From Candidatus Bathyarchaeia archaeon (GTDB lineage Archaea > Thermoproteota > Bathyarchaeia > Bathyarchaeales > Bathycorpusculaceae): a DNA stretch of 64,000 nucleotides. A model generated the notes under the pieces. That model had not been told where the DNA came from. It worked only from the letters and a program-made list of their open reading frames with translations, and made no database searches. Both the position numbers and the translations under genes were made by a program. Positions 1 through 10,169 of the stretch are shown one piece after another. Where the stretch lies: assembly GCA_038883775.1 (NCBI GenBank), contig JAVZLM010000004.1:113442-177441 (forward strand). The letters are read 5' to 3'. Positions within the stretch are counted from its first letter, which is position 1. Every line of letters begins with the position of its first letter.

Positions 1-264
1 TTTAGCGGCGGCGAAACCAGAATTGAGCTTTTAGAGCCTTTGGGTAGCGATAGCCCAGTTGCCAAGTTTCTTGATAGTCGAGGTGAAGGCATTCATCACA
101 TCGCTGTAAAAGTTGAGAATATTGAGGCTGTTTTGGATGATTTTAAGCGTAAAGGTGTGGTTTTAGTTGATGAGAAGCCAAGAATTGGAGCTGAAGGCGC
201 AAAAATTGCCTTTGTTCACCCGAAAAGCACAAAGGGAGTGCTTTTGGAGTTAATAATGAAGTAA
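1..264 (+). CDS. mce: methylmalonyl-CoA epimerase (VOC family), 5'-partial
   Basis: Frame is open from base 1 ([13 protein letters not shown]...). Contains GEGIHHIA and [14 protein letters not shown] motifs; lies next to mutase/carboxyltransferase genes. Confidence 0.9.
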   Translation, partial: FSGGETRIELLEPLGSDSPVAKFLDSRGEGIHHIAVKVENIEAVLDDFKRKGVVLVDEKPRIGAEGAKIAFVHPKSTKGVLLELIMK

Positions 265-272
265 GTGATTGT

Positions 273-1391
273 TTGAATCAAACTAAAATTGCCCTTTCCA
301 TCCAATTCTTCCACTCCTTTGTCAGCGGCATTCTTGGAGTCGCCATACCCTTAATGATGAAAGAAAGGAATGTGGATGTTGTCGTTATAGGACTTATCTT
401 CGCGGCTATGCCCTTGATTATGCAGTTTGGGCGAATGTTTTTTGCAACACTTTCAGATTTTTTGGGCAGAAACCTCTTCTTTATTTCTAACGGGGTTTTA
501 GGCGTAATTTCAAGTCTAATCTACTATGTTGCGCGGACACCACTAGAATTCTTGTTCGGCAAACTAATGGAGGGAACCAAAGAGGGTTCAATTTGGGCTG
601 TGAACAGGGCTTTTCTTTTAGAGAGAGAAGGGGGTCACTGGAGAATTTTAGTTTACCTAAGAACGGTAGTTTATGTTGGCTTCGCCCTTGGAAGTCTGCT
701 TACTGGCTTTTTGGTTGCTTGGCTATTTTTTGATGGAACAATGTTGTTATGCGCTCTTCTTGGAGTTTTTGTATTCTCGTTGGCGCTGTTGCTGCCTAAA
801 GAAAGAAAAGAACAGTTTAGCATGGTGAAGGCTTTGCAGTTTCTAGATTTCAGAAAGAAAAAGAAAATTTTCAAAATCTTCCTCTTTCTGTTTTTTATAA
901 TAGGTCTTTCCTATGGGTTTCGAGGAAGCTTTGTCATACCACTTTTCTTGGACATGTATGGTTTCGACACCGAAATAATTGGACTAATTATAGGCTTACA
1001 GATCTTGTTTGCTGGCTTTTCTTCATACCTCTTTTCGAAAACCACTAAGTTAAGGCAGATGATTCTTCTACAAGGTATTCTCTTTTCCACAGTCTTCTTT
1101 TCGCTTGGCTTTTTAAGTTCTATAGTTGCCGGGGTTCTTTTGGTTGTTTATGGCTTTATTGAGGGAATGTCAGGCATCGGACAAGAGGGAATTTTGTCCA
1201 AAATCTGCGATAAAGAGTCTTATGGAACCGATATTGGCTTGCTAATGTTTGGGTTGCATGTTGGCGAAACCATGAGTTTGGCTTTATCAGGCTTTCTTAT
1301 TGAAAGATGGGGTTTCCTTGCTCCCTTCCTCTTGGCGGCTTCAACATACGCAATTTTCTACATACCCTCATACACTATTCTGAAAGAGTGA
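273..1391 (+). CDS. MFS transporter
   Basis: About 12 hydrophobic segments; LSDFLGR resembles MFS motif A. Confidence 0.8.
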   Translation: MNQTKIALSIQFFHSFVSGILGVAIPLMMKERNVDVVVIGLIFAAMPLIMQFGRMFFATLSDFLGRNLFFISNGVLGVISSLIYYVARTPLEFLFGKLMEGTKEGSIWAVNRAFLLEREGGHWRILVYLRTVVYVGFALGSLLTGFLVAWLFFDGTMLLCALLGVFVFSLALLLPKERKEQFSMVKALQFLDFRKKKKIFKIFLFLFFIIGLSYGFRGSFVIPLFLDMYGFDTEIIGLIIGLQILFAGFSSYLFSKTTKLRQMILLQGILFSTVFFSLGFLSSIVAGVLLVVYGFIEGMSGIGQEGILSKICDKESYGTDIGLLMFGLHVGETMSLALSGFLIERWGFLAPFLLAASTYAIFYIPSYTILKE

Positions 1392-1394
1392 ACA

Positions 1395-2186
1395 ATGTTG
1401 AAAATTGACAAAATTCAAGAAAAGCTTCAAACCAAAAAAATTGGTAAAAAAATACTATACTTGCACAAAACTGGCTCCACAAACGACATAGCCAAAAAAT
1501 TAGCTAATTATGGAGCCTATGAAGGAGCAATTGTTATAGCGGAAACCCAAACCGCCGGACGAGGAAGACTTGATAGAAAATGGTTTTCGCCAAAAGGCGG
1601 ACTATATTTTTCAATTATTCTAAAACCAAAAATAAAAGCAAAAGAATCCATTAAACTCGTGTTCTTGGCTGGTTTGGCTGTAGCAGAAGTTCTGCATGAA
1701 AAATATGGGTTGCATGTGGAAACTAAGTGGCCAAACGATGTTTTAGTGAGGGGACGTAAGATTTGCGGGATACTAAGTGAAATGAAGACAAGAGGCGAAA
1801 AGGTGGACTATGCAGTAATAGGCTTAGGTATAAATGCAAACGTTGATGTTAAAAAAGAGTTTCCGGAAGAGCTGAAAACTGTTGCAACATCCATTGAAAA
1901 TGAGTTAGGTAGAAAAGTTAAGCTGGAAGAACTGCTTAAAGTGTTGCTTGAGAAATTGGAAAATGTTTATGAACAGTTTACAAAGGAAGGATTCGCTCCA
2001 GTTTTGAGGAGATGGAAAGGATATGCGAGTTTTCTTGGCAAAAATGTGGAAGTCATAAATGATGTTGGAAAGATGTATGGTTTAGCCTTAGATGTTGACA
2101 ATGATGGAACATTGCTCGTTAGGCTTGAAGATGGAAGAGTAGAGCATGTGTTTGTTGGGGACGTTTCTCTGCAGATAAATAAATGA
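1395..2186 (+). CDS. birA: biotin--protein ligase (no N-terminal HTH)
   Basis: STND, QTAGRGRLDRKW, KWPND and KICGIL motifs. Confidence 0.95.
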   Translation: MLKIDKIQEKLQTKKIGKKILYLHKTGSTNDIAKKLANYGAYEGAIVIAETQTAGRGRLDRKWFSPKGGLYFSIILKPKIKAKESIKLVFLAGLAVAEVLHEKYGLHVETKWPNDVLVRGRKICGILSEMKTRGEKVDYAVIGLGINANVDVKKEFPEELKTVATSIENELGRKVKLEELLKVLLEKLENVYEQFTKEGFAPVLRRWKGYASFLGKNVEVINDVGKMYGLALDVDNDGTLLVRLEDGRVEHVFVGDVSLQINK

Positions 2187-2312
2187 ATCTTTCGTAACTT
2201 TCGTTTTCATGGATTTAAATCCTTAATTAAGCCAGAACCTAACCGTATCTTTAGCCTTTCCGTATATTCTAAATATTTGAGCTACATTACCTAAAAGCAA
2301 GAGGGATTTGAA

Positions 2313-3881
2313 ATGGCTTTGGCGAAAGAGCCTAGTGTTGAGGAAAAGATTAACCGTTTAAGGGAATTGAATGAGCAAGCTAAACTTGGCGGTGGACAAA
2401 AGCGCATTGAAGAGCAACATGCTAAAGGTAAGTTAACAGCCAGAGAACGTATTGAATTGTTGCTTGATCCTGGCAGTTTCAATGAGCTTGACCGTTTTGT
2501 GGTTCATCAATGCACAGAATTTGGCATGGCGGAACGCAAATATCTCGGCGACGGCGTTGTAACTGGCTACGGCACAATTGACGGCAGACTTGTCTACATT
2601 TTCAGTCAAGACTTCACTGTTTTTGGTGGTTCCTTGGGTGAAATGTTTGCAAAAAAAGTTTGTAAAATAATGGATTTAGCCATAAAAGCTGGAGCGCCAG
2701 TCATAGGCTTAAATGACAGCGGTGGTGCACGCATACAAGAGGGCGTGGCAAGCCTTGCTGGTTACGGAGATATTTTCTTCCGCAACGTCATAAGCTCAGG
2801 TGTAATTCCACAGATAAGCGCTATAATGGGTCCATGCGCTGGCGGAGCCGTCTATTCGCCCGCACTAACAGACTTCATAATTATGGTTGACAAGACAAGT
2901 CACATGTTTATCACTGGTCCAGATGTGGTTAAAGCTGCTTTGGGGCAGGAGGTTACGTTTGAAGAGTTGGGCGGCGCCATGGTGCATAGCACAACCAGCG
3001 GTGTAGCCCATTTTATAGCCCAAAGCGAAGAGCATTGTATGCAGATTATTAAGAAACTTTTGAGCTATTTGCCAAGCAATTATCTTGAAGACCCGCCAGC
3101 AGTAGAGCCCACAGATGACCCAGACCGTACCGATGAGGATTTGGCGAGAATTCTTCCAGATGACCCGGACAAGCCTTATGATGTTAAGGAGGTTATTACT
3201 CGTGTGGTTGATAATGGCGAATTCTTTGAGATTCAGCCCCTTTGGGCGCAGAACATTGTTATTGGTTTTGCAAGGTTGAATGGCAAAACAGTAGGCATAG
3301 TGGCTAACCAACCGTTGCATTATGCTGGAGCCCTAGACATAAACAGCAGCATGAAAGCGGGACGCTTCATACGCTTCTGCGACTGCTTCAACATCCCAAT
3401 AATAACATTCGTAGACGTGCCAGGATTCTTGCCAGGTCTTGAACAGGAACACGGCGGAATAATAAGGCATGGCTCAAAACTTTTATACGCTTATTGCGAA
3501 GCTACTGTGCCAAAAATCACCACTATACTGCGCAAAGCTTATGGTGGAGCATATGACGTTATGGGCTCCAAACATTCAGGGGCAGACATAAACTATGCTT
3601 GGCCAACAGCCGAAATAGCCGTTATGGGACCTCAAGGCGCCATAAACATAATTTTCCGAAAGGAAATAACTGAGGCTGAAAACCCAGAGCAAAAACGGAT
3701 GGAACTTGTAAGCGAATATCGCCAAAAATTTGCAAATCCATATGTGGCAGCCCAGAAGGGCTATATAGATGAGGTGATTGAACCAGCAGAAACAAGACCA
3801 AAACTCATCAGTGCATTAGAAAGCCTAATCATGAAAAGAGAGCCTAGACCATCCAGAAAACATGGAAATATACCATTATAG
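2313..3881 (+). CDS. acyl-CoA carboxyltransferase subunit (MmdA/PccB/transcarboxylase 12S family)
   Basis: [36 protein letters not shown] and C-terminal KHGNIPL. Confidence 0.95.
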   Translation: MALAKEPSVEEKINRLRELNEQAKLGGGQKRIEEQHAKGKLTARERIELLLDPGSFNELDRFVVHQCTEFGMAERKYLGDGVVTGYGTIDGRLVYIFSQDFTVFGGSLGEMFAKKVCKIMDLAIKAGAPVIGLNDSGGARIQEGVASLAGYGDIFFRNVISSGVIPQISAIMGPCAGGAVYSPALTDFIIMVDKTSHMFITGPDVVKAALGQEVTFEELGGAMVHSTTSGVAHFIAQSEEHCMQIIKKLLSYLPSNYLEDPPAVEPTDDPDRTDEDLARILPDDPDKPYDVKEVITRVVDNGEFFEIQPLWAQNIVIGFARLNGKTVGIVANQPLHYAGALDINSSMKAGRFIRFCDCFNIPIITFVDVPGFLPGLEQEHGGIIRHGSKLLYAYCEATVPKITTILRKAYGGAYDVMGSKHSGADINYAWPTAEIAVMGPQGAINIIFRKEITEAENPEQKRMELVSEYRQKFANPYVAAQKGYIDEVIEPAETRPKLISALESLIMKREPRPSRKHGNIPL

Positions 3882-3941
3882 ATTAATAGTAGCTCAGCCA
3901 TTCTTTCAAACTCTAAAAATACTAGAGGGGCTAGGCAATTT

Positions 3942-5483
3942 ATGGCTTCGAAACCAGTTAAAATCACCGACACCACATTTAGAGACGCTCATCAGTCGCT
4001 TATGGCTACAAGGATGCGCACTGATGCCATGCTTCCCATAGCTGAAAAAATTGACAAAGTTGGCTTTTTCTCTTTGGAAATGTGGGGAGGAGCCACATTC
4101 GACGTTTGCATACGCTATTTAGGCGAAGACCCGTGGGAAAGAATACGCCAACTAAAACGCCACATAAAAAGAACCCCGCTTCAAATGCTGTTGCGGGGAC
4201 AAAACATAGTTGGCTATCGCAATTATCCAGATGATGTTCTCATAAAATTTGTTGAGAAGGCGGCTGAAAATGGCATAGACATATTTCGAGTTTTTGACGC
4301 CTTAAACGACGTAAGAAACATGGAAGTGGCCATAAAAACCGTTAAAAAAATGGGCAAACACGCTCAAGGAACTATTTGCTACACTATAAGCCCAGTTCAC
4401 ACAATCCAATATTATGTTAAAGTTGCAAAAAAATTGACAGAACTCGATTGTGATTCTATATGCATAAAGGACATGGCTGGAATGCTTGCGCCTCAGCCAG
4501 CCTATGAGCTTATAACTGCCCTAAAAAAGGAGATAAGCCTACCCATACATTTGCACAGTCACAGCACAAGCGGCATGGTTATGATGACATACCTCCGAGC
4601 ATGCGAAGCTGGAGTAGACATAATAGACGCAGCCTTTTCACCTTTCGCATGGGGTACATCACAACCGCCAGTAGAATCCATCGTAGCTGCTTTAAAGGGA
4701 ACCCCGTACGACCCGGGACTTGACTTGGAATTTTTAAGCGAGATTGCAGATTACTTCCGAGAGTTACGAGAAAAATATTATGACCCTTTAAAGTTAATAG
4801 ATCAAAAAGCTGAACGGGTTGACACGTCCATCATTGTGCATCAGATTCCGGGCGGAATGTTCTCCAACCTTCTCGAACAATTAAGGGAACAAAAAGCGCT
4901 TGACAGGTTAAAGGAGGTTCTTGAAGAAGTTCCGAGGGTTAGAAAAGAGTTGGGTTATCCTCCTTTAGTAACGCCTACAAGTCAGCTTGTGGGTATACAA
5001 GCCGTTTTTAACGTTATTTCTGGTAAACGCTACAGCATAGTGCCAAAAGAGATAAAGGATTATGTGAAGGGCTTATATGGAAGACCGCCAGCCCCCATAG
5101 ACCCTAAAGTGAAAAAGAAGATAATAGGCGATGAAGAACCCATAACTTGTCGTCCAGCTGACCTTTTAGAAAGTGCCCTTGACAAAATTCCTGAAGAAGT
5201 AAAACCCTACATCGAAAGTGAAGAAGACAAGATAACTTATGCGCTTTTTCCCCAAGTAGCCCTAGAATTCTTTAAAAAGAGAAAAGCAAAAAAGGAAGAA
5301 GCCAAAGCTGAAATTCCAACAGAAAGAATCACAGAGCTGGAGGACGTTGCCGCAGTCTCTGTGGCTGTTGTTACCTACATTAAAAGTTTGGGAAAAGCCA
5401 AAGCATTAATACCCGTGCGACCAAAGGGAATAACATCTGCTTGGGTTTTAGCTGGACGAAAAAGCTTCGAACTTGGTGTTTAA
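3942..5483 (+). CDS. pyruvate/oxaloacetate carboxyltransferase (PycB/OadA/transcarboxylase 5S family), no biotinyl domain, epsilon/delta-like C-terminal tail
   Basis: RDAHQSL, WGGATFD, IKDMAG, HSH and LVTPTSQ; tail VAAVSVAV...SAWVLAGR. Confidence 0.92.
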   Translation: MASKPVKITDTTFRDAHQSLMATRMRTDAMLPIAEKIDKVGFFSLEMWGGATFDVCIRYLGEDPWERIRQLKRHIKRTPLQMLLRGQNIVGYRNYPDDVLIKFVEKAAENGIDIFRVFDALNDVRNMEVAIKTVKKMGKHAQGTICYTISPVHTIQYYVKVAKKLTELDCDSICIKDMAGMLAPQPAYELITALKKEISLPIHLHSHSTSGMVMMTYLRACEAGVDIIDAAFSPFAWGTSQPPVESIVAALKGTPYDPGLDLEFLSEIADYFRELREKYYDPLKLIDQKAERVDTSIIVHQIPGGMFSNLLEQLREQKALDRLKEVLEEVPRVRKELGYPPLVTPTSQLVGIQAVFNVISGKRYSIVPKEIKDYVKGLYGRPPAPIDPKVKKKIIGDEEPITCRPADLLESALDKIPEEVKPYIESEEDKITYALFPQVALEFFKKRKAKKEEAKAEIPTERITELEDVAAVSVAVVTYIKSLGKAKALIPVRPKGITSAWVLAGRKSFELGV

Positions 5484-5484
5484 A

Positions 5485-6039
5485 ATGCCAATTTACGAAG
5501 TCCTCATTGACGGCAAACCGAGAAAAATCGAGTTGACAAAGACTGGAGAGAACACTTTTTCAGTTATACTGGATGGAAAGCCTTTAAAGGTGGAGTTACC
5601 AGCTGAAAAGCTTACATTAGAAAAGGTTTTTTCAATAAAAATTGATGACAAAACATATCAAGTAAATTTGCCCGAACTAAAAAGGGAAGAGCCTTTTTCG
5701 GTCAAAGTTGAAGAGGCAGTTTTTAAGGCTGAAGTCAAAGCACCAACAAGAAAACCCATACCGACAACTTTTGAACCCACCACAGTAACGCCTACAATAA
5801 GACCGGTAGAAACAAAGCCAGCAGTGGAAGGAACTGTGACTGCGCCCATGACTGGAAAAATTCTTTCAATAAAAGTCAAGAAAGGCGAACAAGTGAAAGC
5901 CGGTCAGGTTCTCTGCATTCTTGAAGCAATGAAAATGGAAAACGAGATTGCAGCCCCAAAAAGCGGAACCATTCAAGAAATACTCGTTTCTGAGGGTTCT
6001 TCAGTCAACGAAGGAGAAGCCCTCTTCATTATCGTTTAG
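5485..6039 (+). CDS. biotin carboxyl carrier protein
   Basis: EAMKMEN biotinylation motif, APMTGKI and a Pro/Thr-rich linker; ATG at 5485. Confidence 0.95.
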   Translation: MPIYEVLIDGKPRKIELTKTGENTFSVILDGKPLKVELPAEKLTLEKVFSIKIDDKTYQVNLPELKREEPFSVKVEEAVFKAEVKAPTRKPIPTTFEPTTVTPTIRPVETKPAVEGTVTAPMTGKILSIKVKKGEQVKAGQVLCILEAMKMENEIAAPKSGTIQEILVSEGSSVNEGEALFIIV

Positions 6040-7718
6040 AAAATGGAAGGTGGTTTATACTCGCCGAAAACTTCCCGCAGAGTGTCGCAAATTTCTCCTA
6101 TGGTTGCGTATTCTTTCACTGCTTGAATCATTAAGGGCATCAGATTCACATCTTCTTTCTCAGCAGCTAAGCGCAATTTATCCAAGGCTTCTTTAACTTT
6201 CGCCTGGTTTCTTTGCCGTTTTATTTGTTTTAAGCGTTCCACAAGCGTCTTTTCTATTTCTGGGTCTATCTGCAAAATTTTTATCGGCGTTTCCTCCTGC
6301 GTCACAAAATCGTTTACGCCAACAATTATGCGCTTCTTTGTTTCCACCTCTCTTTGGAAGCGATAAGCACTTTCCACGATTTCTCTTTGCATAAACCCTT
6401 TCTCGATGGCGGCAACAGCCCCTCCCATTTCATCAATTTTTTCAATGTATTTTGCCGCGCGTTCTTCTATCTCATTTGTCAAGTACTCCACATAATATGA
6501 GCCTGCAAGGGGGTCTATGGTTTCGGCTACTCCGCTTTCATAAGCTATTATCTGCTGGGTCCTAAGCGCAACCGTAACGGCTTGCTCGCTTGGCAAGGCA
6601 TAAGCTTCATCAAAAGAGTTTGTATGCAAAGACTGGGTTCCACCCAAAACTGCAGCCAAAGCTTGAATGGCAACTCTGATAATGTTATTGTAAGGTTGCT
6701 GCGCCGTTAAGGCAACACCAGAAGTTTGTGTGTGAAAACGCAACATCCAAGATGCAGGGTTTTTGGCTTTGAAATGTTCTCGCATTATTTTAGCCCACAG
6801 CCTTCTGGCAGCTCTAAATTTGGCTATTTCTTCGAAGAAGTTGTTGTGGGCTGCGAAAAAGAAGGATAATCTTCCCGCGAACCTATCCAAATCTAAGCCC
6901 TTTTCGATGGCTGCTTGCACATAGGCGATGGCGTTTGCCAATGTGAAGGCTACTTCTTGAACGGCTGTTGCTCCCGCCTCGCGGATGTGGTAACCGCTTA
7001 TGCTTATAGTATTCCATAGAGGCATGTGTTGAGAGCAATATTCGAATATGTCTGTGACTAAACGCATTGAGGGTTTAGGTGGAAAAATGTACATGCCCCT
7101 AGCTGCATACTCTTTCAAAATATCATTCTGCACTGTTCCCCCAAGCTGGGATGGTTCGGCGCCTTGTTTTTGTCCAACTGCTATGTACATGGCAAGCAAA
7201 ACGGTTGCTGGAGCATTAATGGTCATGGAAGTTGTAATTTCTTTTAAGGGAATTCCGTCGAAGACTATTTCCATATCCATTAAAGTGCTAACGCTTACGC
7301 CAGCCCTTCCAACTTCGCCTCGCGCCATGGGGTGGTCGCAGTCATAACCCACTTGTGTTGGAAAGTCAAAAGCCACGCTTAAGCCTCTTTGACCTTGTTG
7401 GAGCAAGTATTTGAAGCGCTGATTAGTTTGTTCAGCCGTTCCAAAACCAGCATACTGCCTCATAGTCCATAGTCTAGCCCTATACATGGTCGGATAAACG
7501 CCACGAGTAAAGGGATATTCTCCAGGAAAACCCAAATCTCCTAAATAGTCAAGTTTTTCAATGTCAACGGGCGTATAAACCCTACTTACTGGGATTTCTG
7601 AACTTGTTAAAAATTCGCCTTTTTCTGGAAGCCTTTCAAGACTTTTAGATACGGTTTCTTTCTCCCACTTTTCCCTACGTTGTTTAATTTCTTCCATCAT
7701 TTGCTTGTTAAACATCAT
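6036..7718 (-). CDS. mcmA: methylmalonyl-CoA mutase, large (substrate-binding) subunit
   Basis: [24 protein letters not shown] and SISGYH. Tyr (RQYAG) and Arg (YAARG) match the methylmalonyl-CoA specificity residues. No B12-binding domain (split mutase). Confidence 0.93.
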   Translation of the reverse strand: MMFNKQMMEEIKQRREKWEKETVSKSLERLPEKGEFLTSSEIPVSRVYTPVDIEKLDYLGDLGFPGEYPFTRGVYPTMYRARLWTMRQYAGFGTAEQTNQRFKYLLQQGQRGLSVAFDFPTQVGYDCDHPMARGEVGRAGVSVSTLMDMEIVFDGIPLKEITTSMTINAPATVLLAMYIAVGQKQGAEPSQLGGTVQNDILKEYAARGMYIFPPKPSMRLVTDIFEYCSQHMPLWNTISISGYHIREAGATAVQEVAFTLANAIAYVQAAIEKGLDLDRFAGRLSFFFAAHNNFFEEIAKFRAARRLWAKIMREHFKAKNPASWMLRFHTQTSGVALTAQQPYNNIIRVAIQALAAVLGGTQSLHTNSFDEAYALPSEQAVTVALRTQQIIAYESGVAETIDPLAGSYYVEYLTNEIEERAAKYIEKIDEMGGAVAAIEKGFMQREIVESAYRFQREVETKKRIIVGVNDFVTQEETPIKILQIDPEIEKTLVERLKQIKRQRNQAKVKEALDKLRLAAEKEDVNLMPLMIQAVKEYATIGEICDTLREVFGEYKPPSIF

Positions 7719-7855
7719 TGAAAACACCTAACGAGCCTGTTTAGGCATCTTCAATTGTTTCATATATTTAGACATTTTCTTAAGTGATGCGCTTATAAGA
7801 AGCTATTAGCGTCTAATAGTCTTCAACGTATTTTTCATCATAAATCCAATAGAAA

Positions 7856-8620
7856 TCATTTTTGCCCAACAACAAAAACGAAATTATCAATTTGTTTTAT
7901 CCAGTTGCCATACTTTCTCTTAACTCTATCTCGAAAAAATTTAAATCCTTTTTGAAAAGAATCTTCGCTGAGCAAGGTCAGGGTAGATATGTATTTGTTT
8001 TTAACTCTCTTCAAATACTCTTTTGTAGAAATGTATCCCCTATCATATCTAAGGATATGATAATGAACATCCTTGAAGTCGACCATTTTCATCATCCTCT
8101 TTAACGAAGGAATGGTTGGAAACCTTTTCAGGTCTATCGCTAACACTCCTGGGAAATAACGGAGAACATGCTTCTTAATTCGTGCATGTGAGTTCGTCAT
8201 AATTACACATTTTCCATTCTTCTTTAAGACGCGATGAATTTCTTGCAACGCCAGCTTTTTATCTTCTATGTGGTGAATAACTAGTGTCATGTAAACACAA
8301 TCAAAAACGCTGTCTCTGAAAGGTAATCTTTGTCCATCCCCTCGAATCCACAGAATACGTTTAGATTTATCTTTAGCTAAGGCTTGTTTAAGCATATCAA
8401 TCGAAAGGTCCAAAGCATAGAGCAAGCAGTTTTTAGCAACAAACAGAGATATTGAAAATCTACCCGTGCCGCATCCAACGTCCAAAACCGCGCATTTCTG
8501 TTCAATTTTTCCGTATTCAATAATTTTTGAAAGCCAATAGTCAACATCGCTCATTCTAAATCTATCATAATGTCTCGCAATTTTCGAATAATCAGTCTTC
8601 GGAATCCCAGAGTTATACAT
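7856..8620 (-). CDS. class I SAM-dependent methyltransferase
   Basis: VLDVGCGTG, LPFRDSVFD and VLKKNGK motifs. Confidence 0.9.
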   Translation of the reverse strand: MYNSGIPKTDYSKIARHYDRFRMSDVDYWLSKIIEYGKIEQKCAVLDVGCGTGRFSISLFVAKNCLLYALDLSIDMLKQALAKDKSKRILWIRGDGQRLPFRDSVFDCVYMTLVIHHIEDKKLALQEIHRVLKKNGKCVIMTNSHARIKKHVLRYFPGVLAIDLKRFPTIPSLKRMMKMVDFKDVHYHILRYDRGYISTKEYLKRVKNKYISTLTLLSEDSFQKGFKFFRDRVKRKYGNWIKQIDNFVFVVGQK

Positions 8621-8670
8621 CGTTCCTTCTAAGTTTCACTTTATTGTCGCTTATTATTTATTATTACTAT

Positions 8671-9102
8671 CTAATGCTCTTCCTTCATCATTCTTACAGC
8701 TTCTTTTAGAAACTTTTCAAAGAAGCTTCTTTTTAGTTTTGGTCCTTTGCCAATGTTTGGGCACTCATTTGTATATATAAATTTGAAACAGCCATTTTTA
8801 CTGCTTTCAAGTTGGAAGGGGTAGAACTTGCATATTAACGGTCTTATCCTATAAATGGAACATAGATTATCTTTAAGGAATACACATTTTCCCTCGGCAG
8901 TTTTTCTCATTTGATAAACGTAAGGCTGAAAGCCTTTAACCTTTTCAGCAAAATCTTCAACATTTTTAAAAGCTTCACTTGCTATGCGTTCAGCCTCCTT
9001 CTTTAAAAGAAGAATAGACCTAACCCTTTCTTTAGTGTCGCCGCAGCATATAGCGCATCTTTCGCATTTGAAATGAACATTTTTAGGATATTCAAAAATC
9101 AA
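8671..9102 (-). CDS. YkgJ-family Cys-cluster protein (CxxCxxCC)
   Basis: FKCERCAICC, CVFL, CSIYRIRPLICKFYPF. Confidence 0.88.
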   Translation of the reverse strand: MIFEYPKNVHFKCERCAICCGDTKERVRSILLLKKEAERIASEAFKNVEDFAEKVKGFQPYVYQMRKTAEGKCVFLKDNLCSIYRIRPLICKFYPFQLESSKNGCFKFIYTNECPNIGKGPKLKRSFFEKFLKEAVRMMKEEH

Positions 9103-9146
9103 GCGTTTTCTCTCTCAGAAACTTACGTTTATGTTTTTGCATGATA

Positions 9147-9677
9147 TTAGTATTTGCTTATTTCTTCTCCAACTTTATAGAAGAAGCCATCTTCTCCTAT
9201 CCACTTAAACAGCAAACCCTCATTCCACCTGTAACCTTTGCGAACATGAGCTGCAACCACTTCGCCTATAAACCAAACATGGTCGCCAACTTCCACCTCT
9301 TTAACAACCTTGCATTCAATGCTGACGGGGCTTTCTTTGATGAGTGGTGCGTTTACTTTACTTCCCTTTTCAGGAGTAAGCTTAGCCGTTTCAAATTTGT
9401 CTACTTCTCGCCCAGATTTTTCTCCACAAATTCGTGTAGCCTCAATAAGTTTTTCATCAACTGCATTAACCACATACTCTTTGCTTTGGCGGATTAGTTC
9501 ATAAGAGTATCTTGAAGGAGCTATGCCAACCCCAACAAGGGTTGGTTTTCCGGAGAAGAAGGCGAACATACCGATTGTTATGATGTTCTTTTTGCCTTTA
9601 TGTTCCATGGAAACCAAATAAACTGGTCTTACTGGAAATTGCCTTAACCCTTCGGAAACTGGAACCTCCTCTTTCAT
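9147..9677 (-). CDS. flavin reductase family protein
   Basis: PVYLVS, SGREVDKF, APLIKESPVSIEC and GDHVWFIGEV. Confidence 0.9.
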   Translation of the reverse strand: MKEEVPVSEGLRQFPVRPVYLVSMEHKGKKNIITIGMFAFFSGKPTLVGVGIAPSRYSYELIRQSKEYVVNAVDEKLIEATRICGEKSGREVDKFETAKLTPEKGSKVNAPLIKESPVSIECKVVKEVEVGDHVWFIGEVVAAHVRKGYRWNEGLLFKWIGEDGFFYKVGEEISKY

Positions 9678-9810
9678 TCATGCAAACTCCTTAATAGCGT
9701 GAAAATGTTAGCAGCACAACCCGATATTAATTTAGCGATTAAAATTGTGATAAATGATTATATTAATGAGTTTGAACCATGATATTATAGAAGCTTTCGA
9801 GGTTTCGCCA

Positions 9811-10101
9811 TTGAAGGTTAAAGTGGAATACTTCGGCCATGTAAGAAATATCATTAAAAGTGGTCGAGAAGAAGAGATTGAAATTCAGGATGACGCTTCC
9901 ATAGCAGACTTACTGCTTAAGCTTTCTGAAAAATACGGCGAACCCTTCCAAAAGGCTTTTTACGAACCAAAAGGCAAGGATGTAAAAACAAACTACATAA
10001 TCACAGTGAACGGCTACTTACTGAATCAGCTGGATGGCATAAAAACAAAACTTAAAAACGGAGACCATGTGGCGTTGCTTCCCATAGTCAGCGGCGGATA
10101 A
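9811..10101 (+). CDS. MoaD/ThiS/SAMP ubiquitin-like sulfur carrier
   Basis: C-terminal LLPIVSGG and beta-grasp pattern; probable TTG start at 9811. Confidence 0.9.
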   Translation: MKVKVEYFGHVRNIIKSGREEEIEIQDDASIADLLLKLSEKYGEPFQKAFYEPKGKDVKTNYIITVNGYLLNQLDGIKTKLKNGDHVALLPIVSGG

Positions 10102-10169
10102 AAGCCAACCCTTTTGCAAAAGATTTTAAACCAAACACTAATCTATGTTTGTTTCTGGAAGGTGAAAAA

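Noticed and set aside
6036-7718. Isobutyryl-CoA or 2-hydroxyisobutyryl-CoA mutase assignment
   Set aside because: The specificity positions are Tyr (RQYAG) and Arg (YAARG), matching methylmalonyl-CoA mutase.
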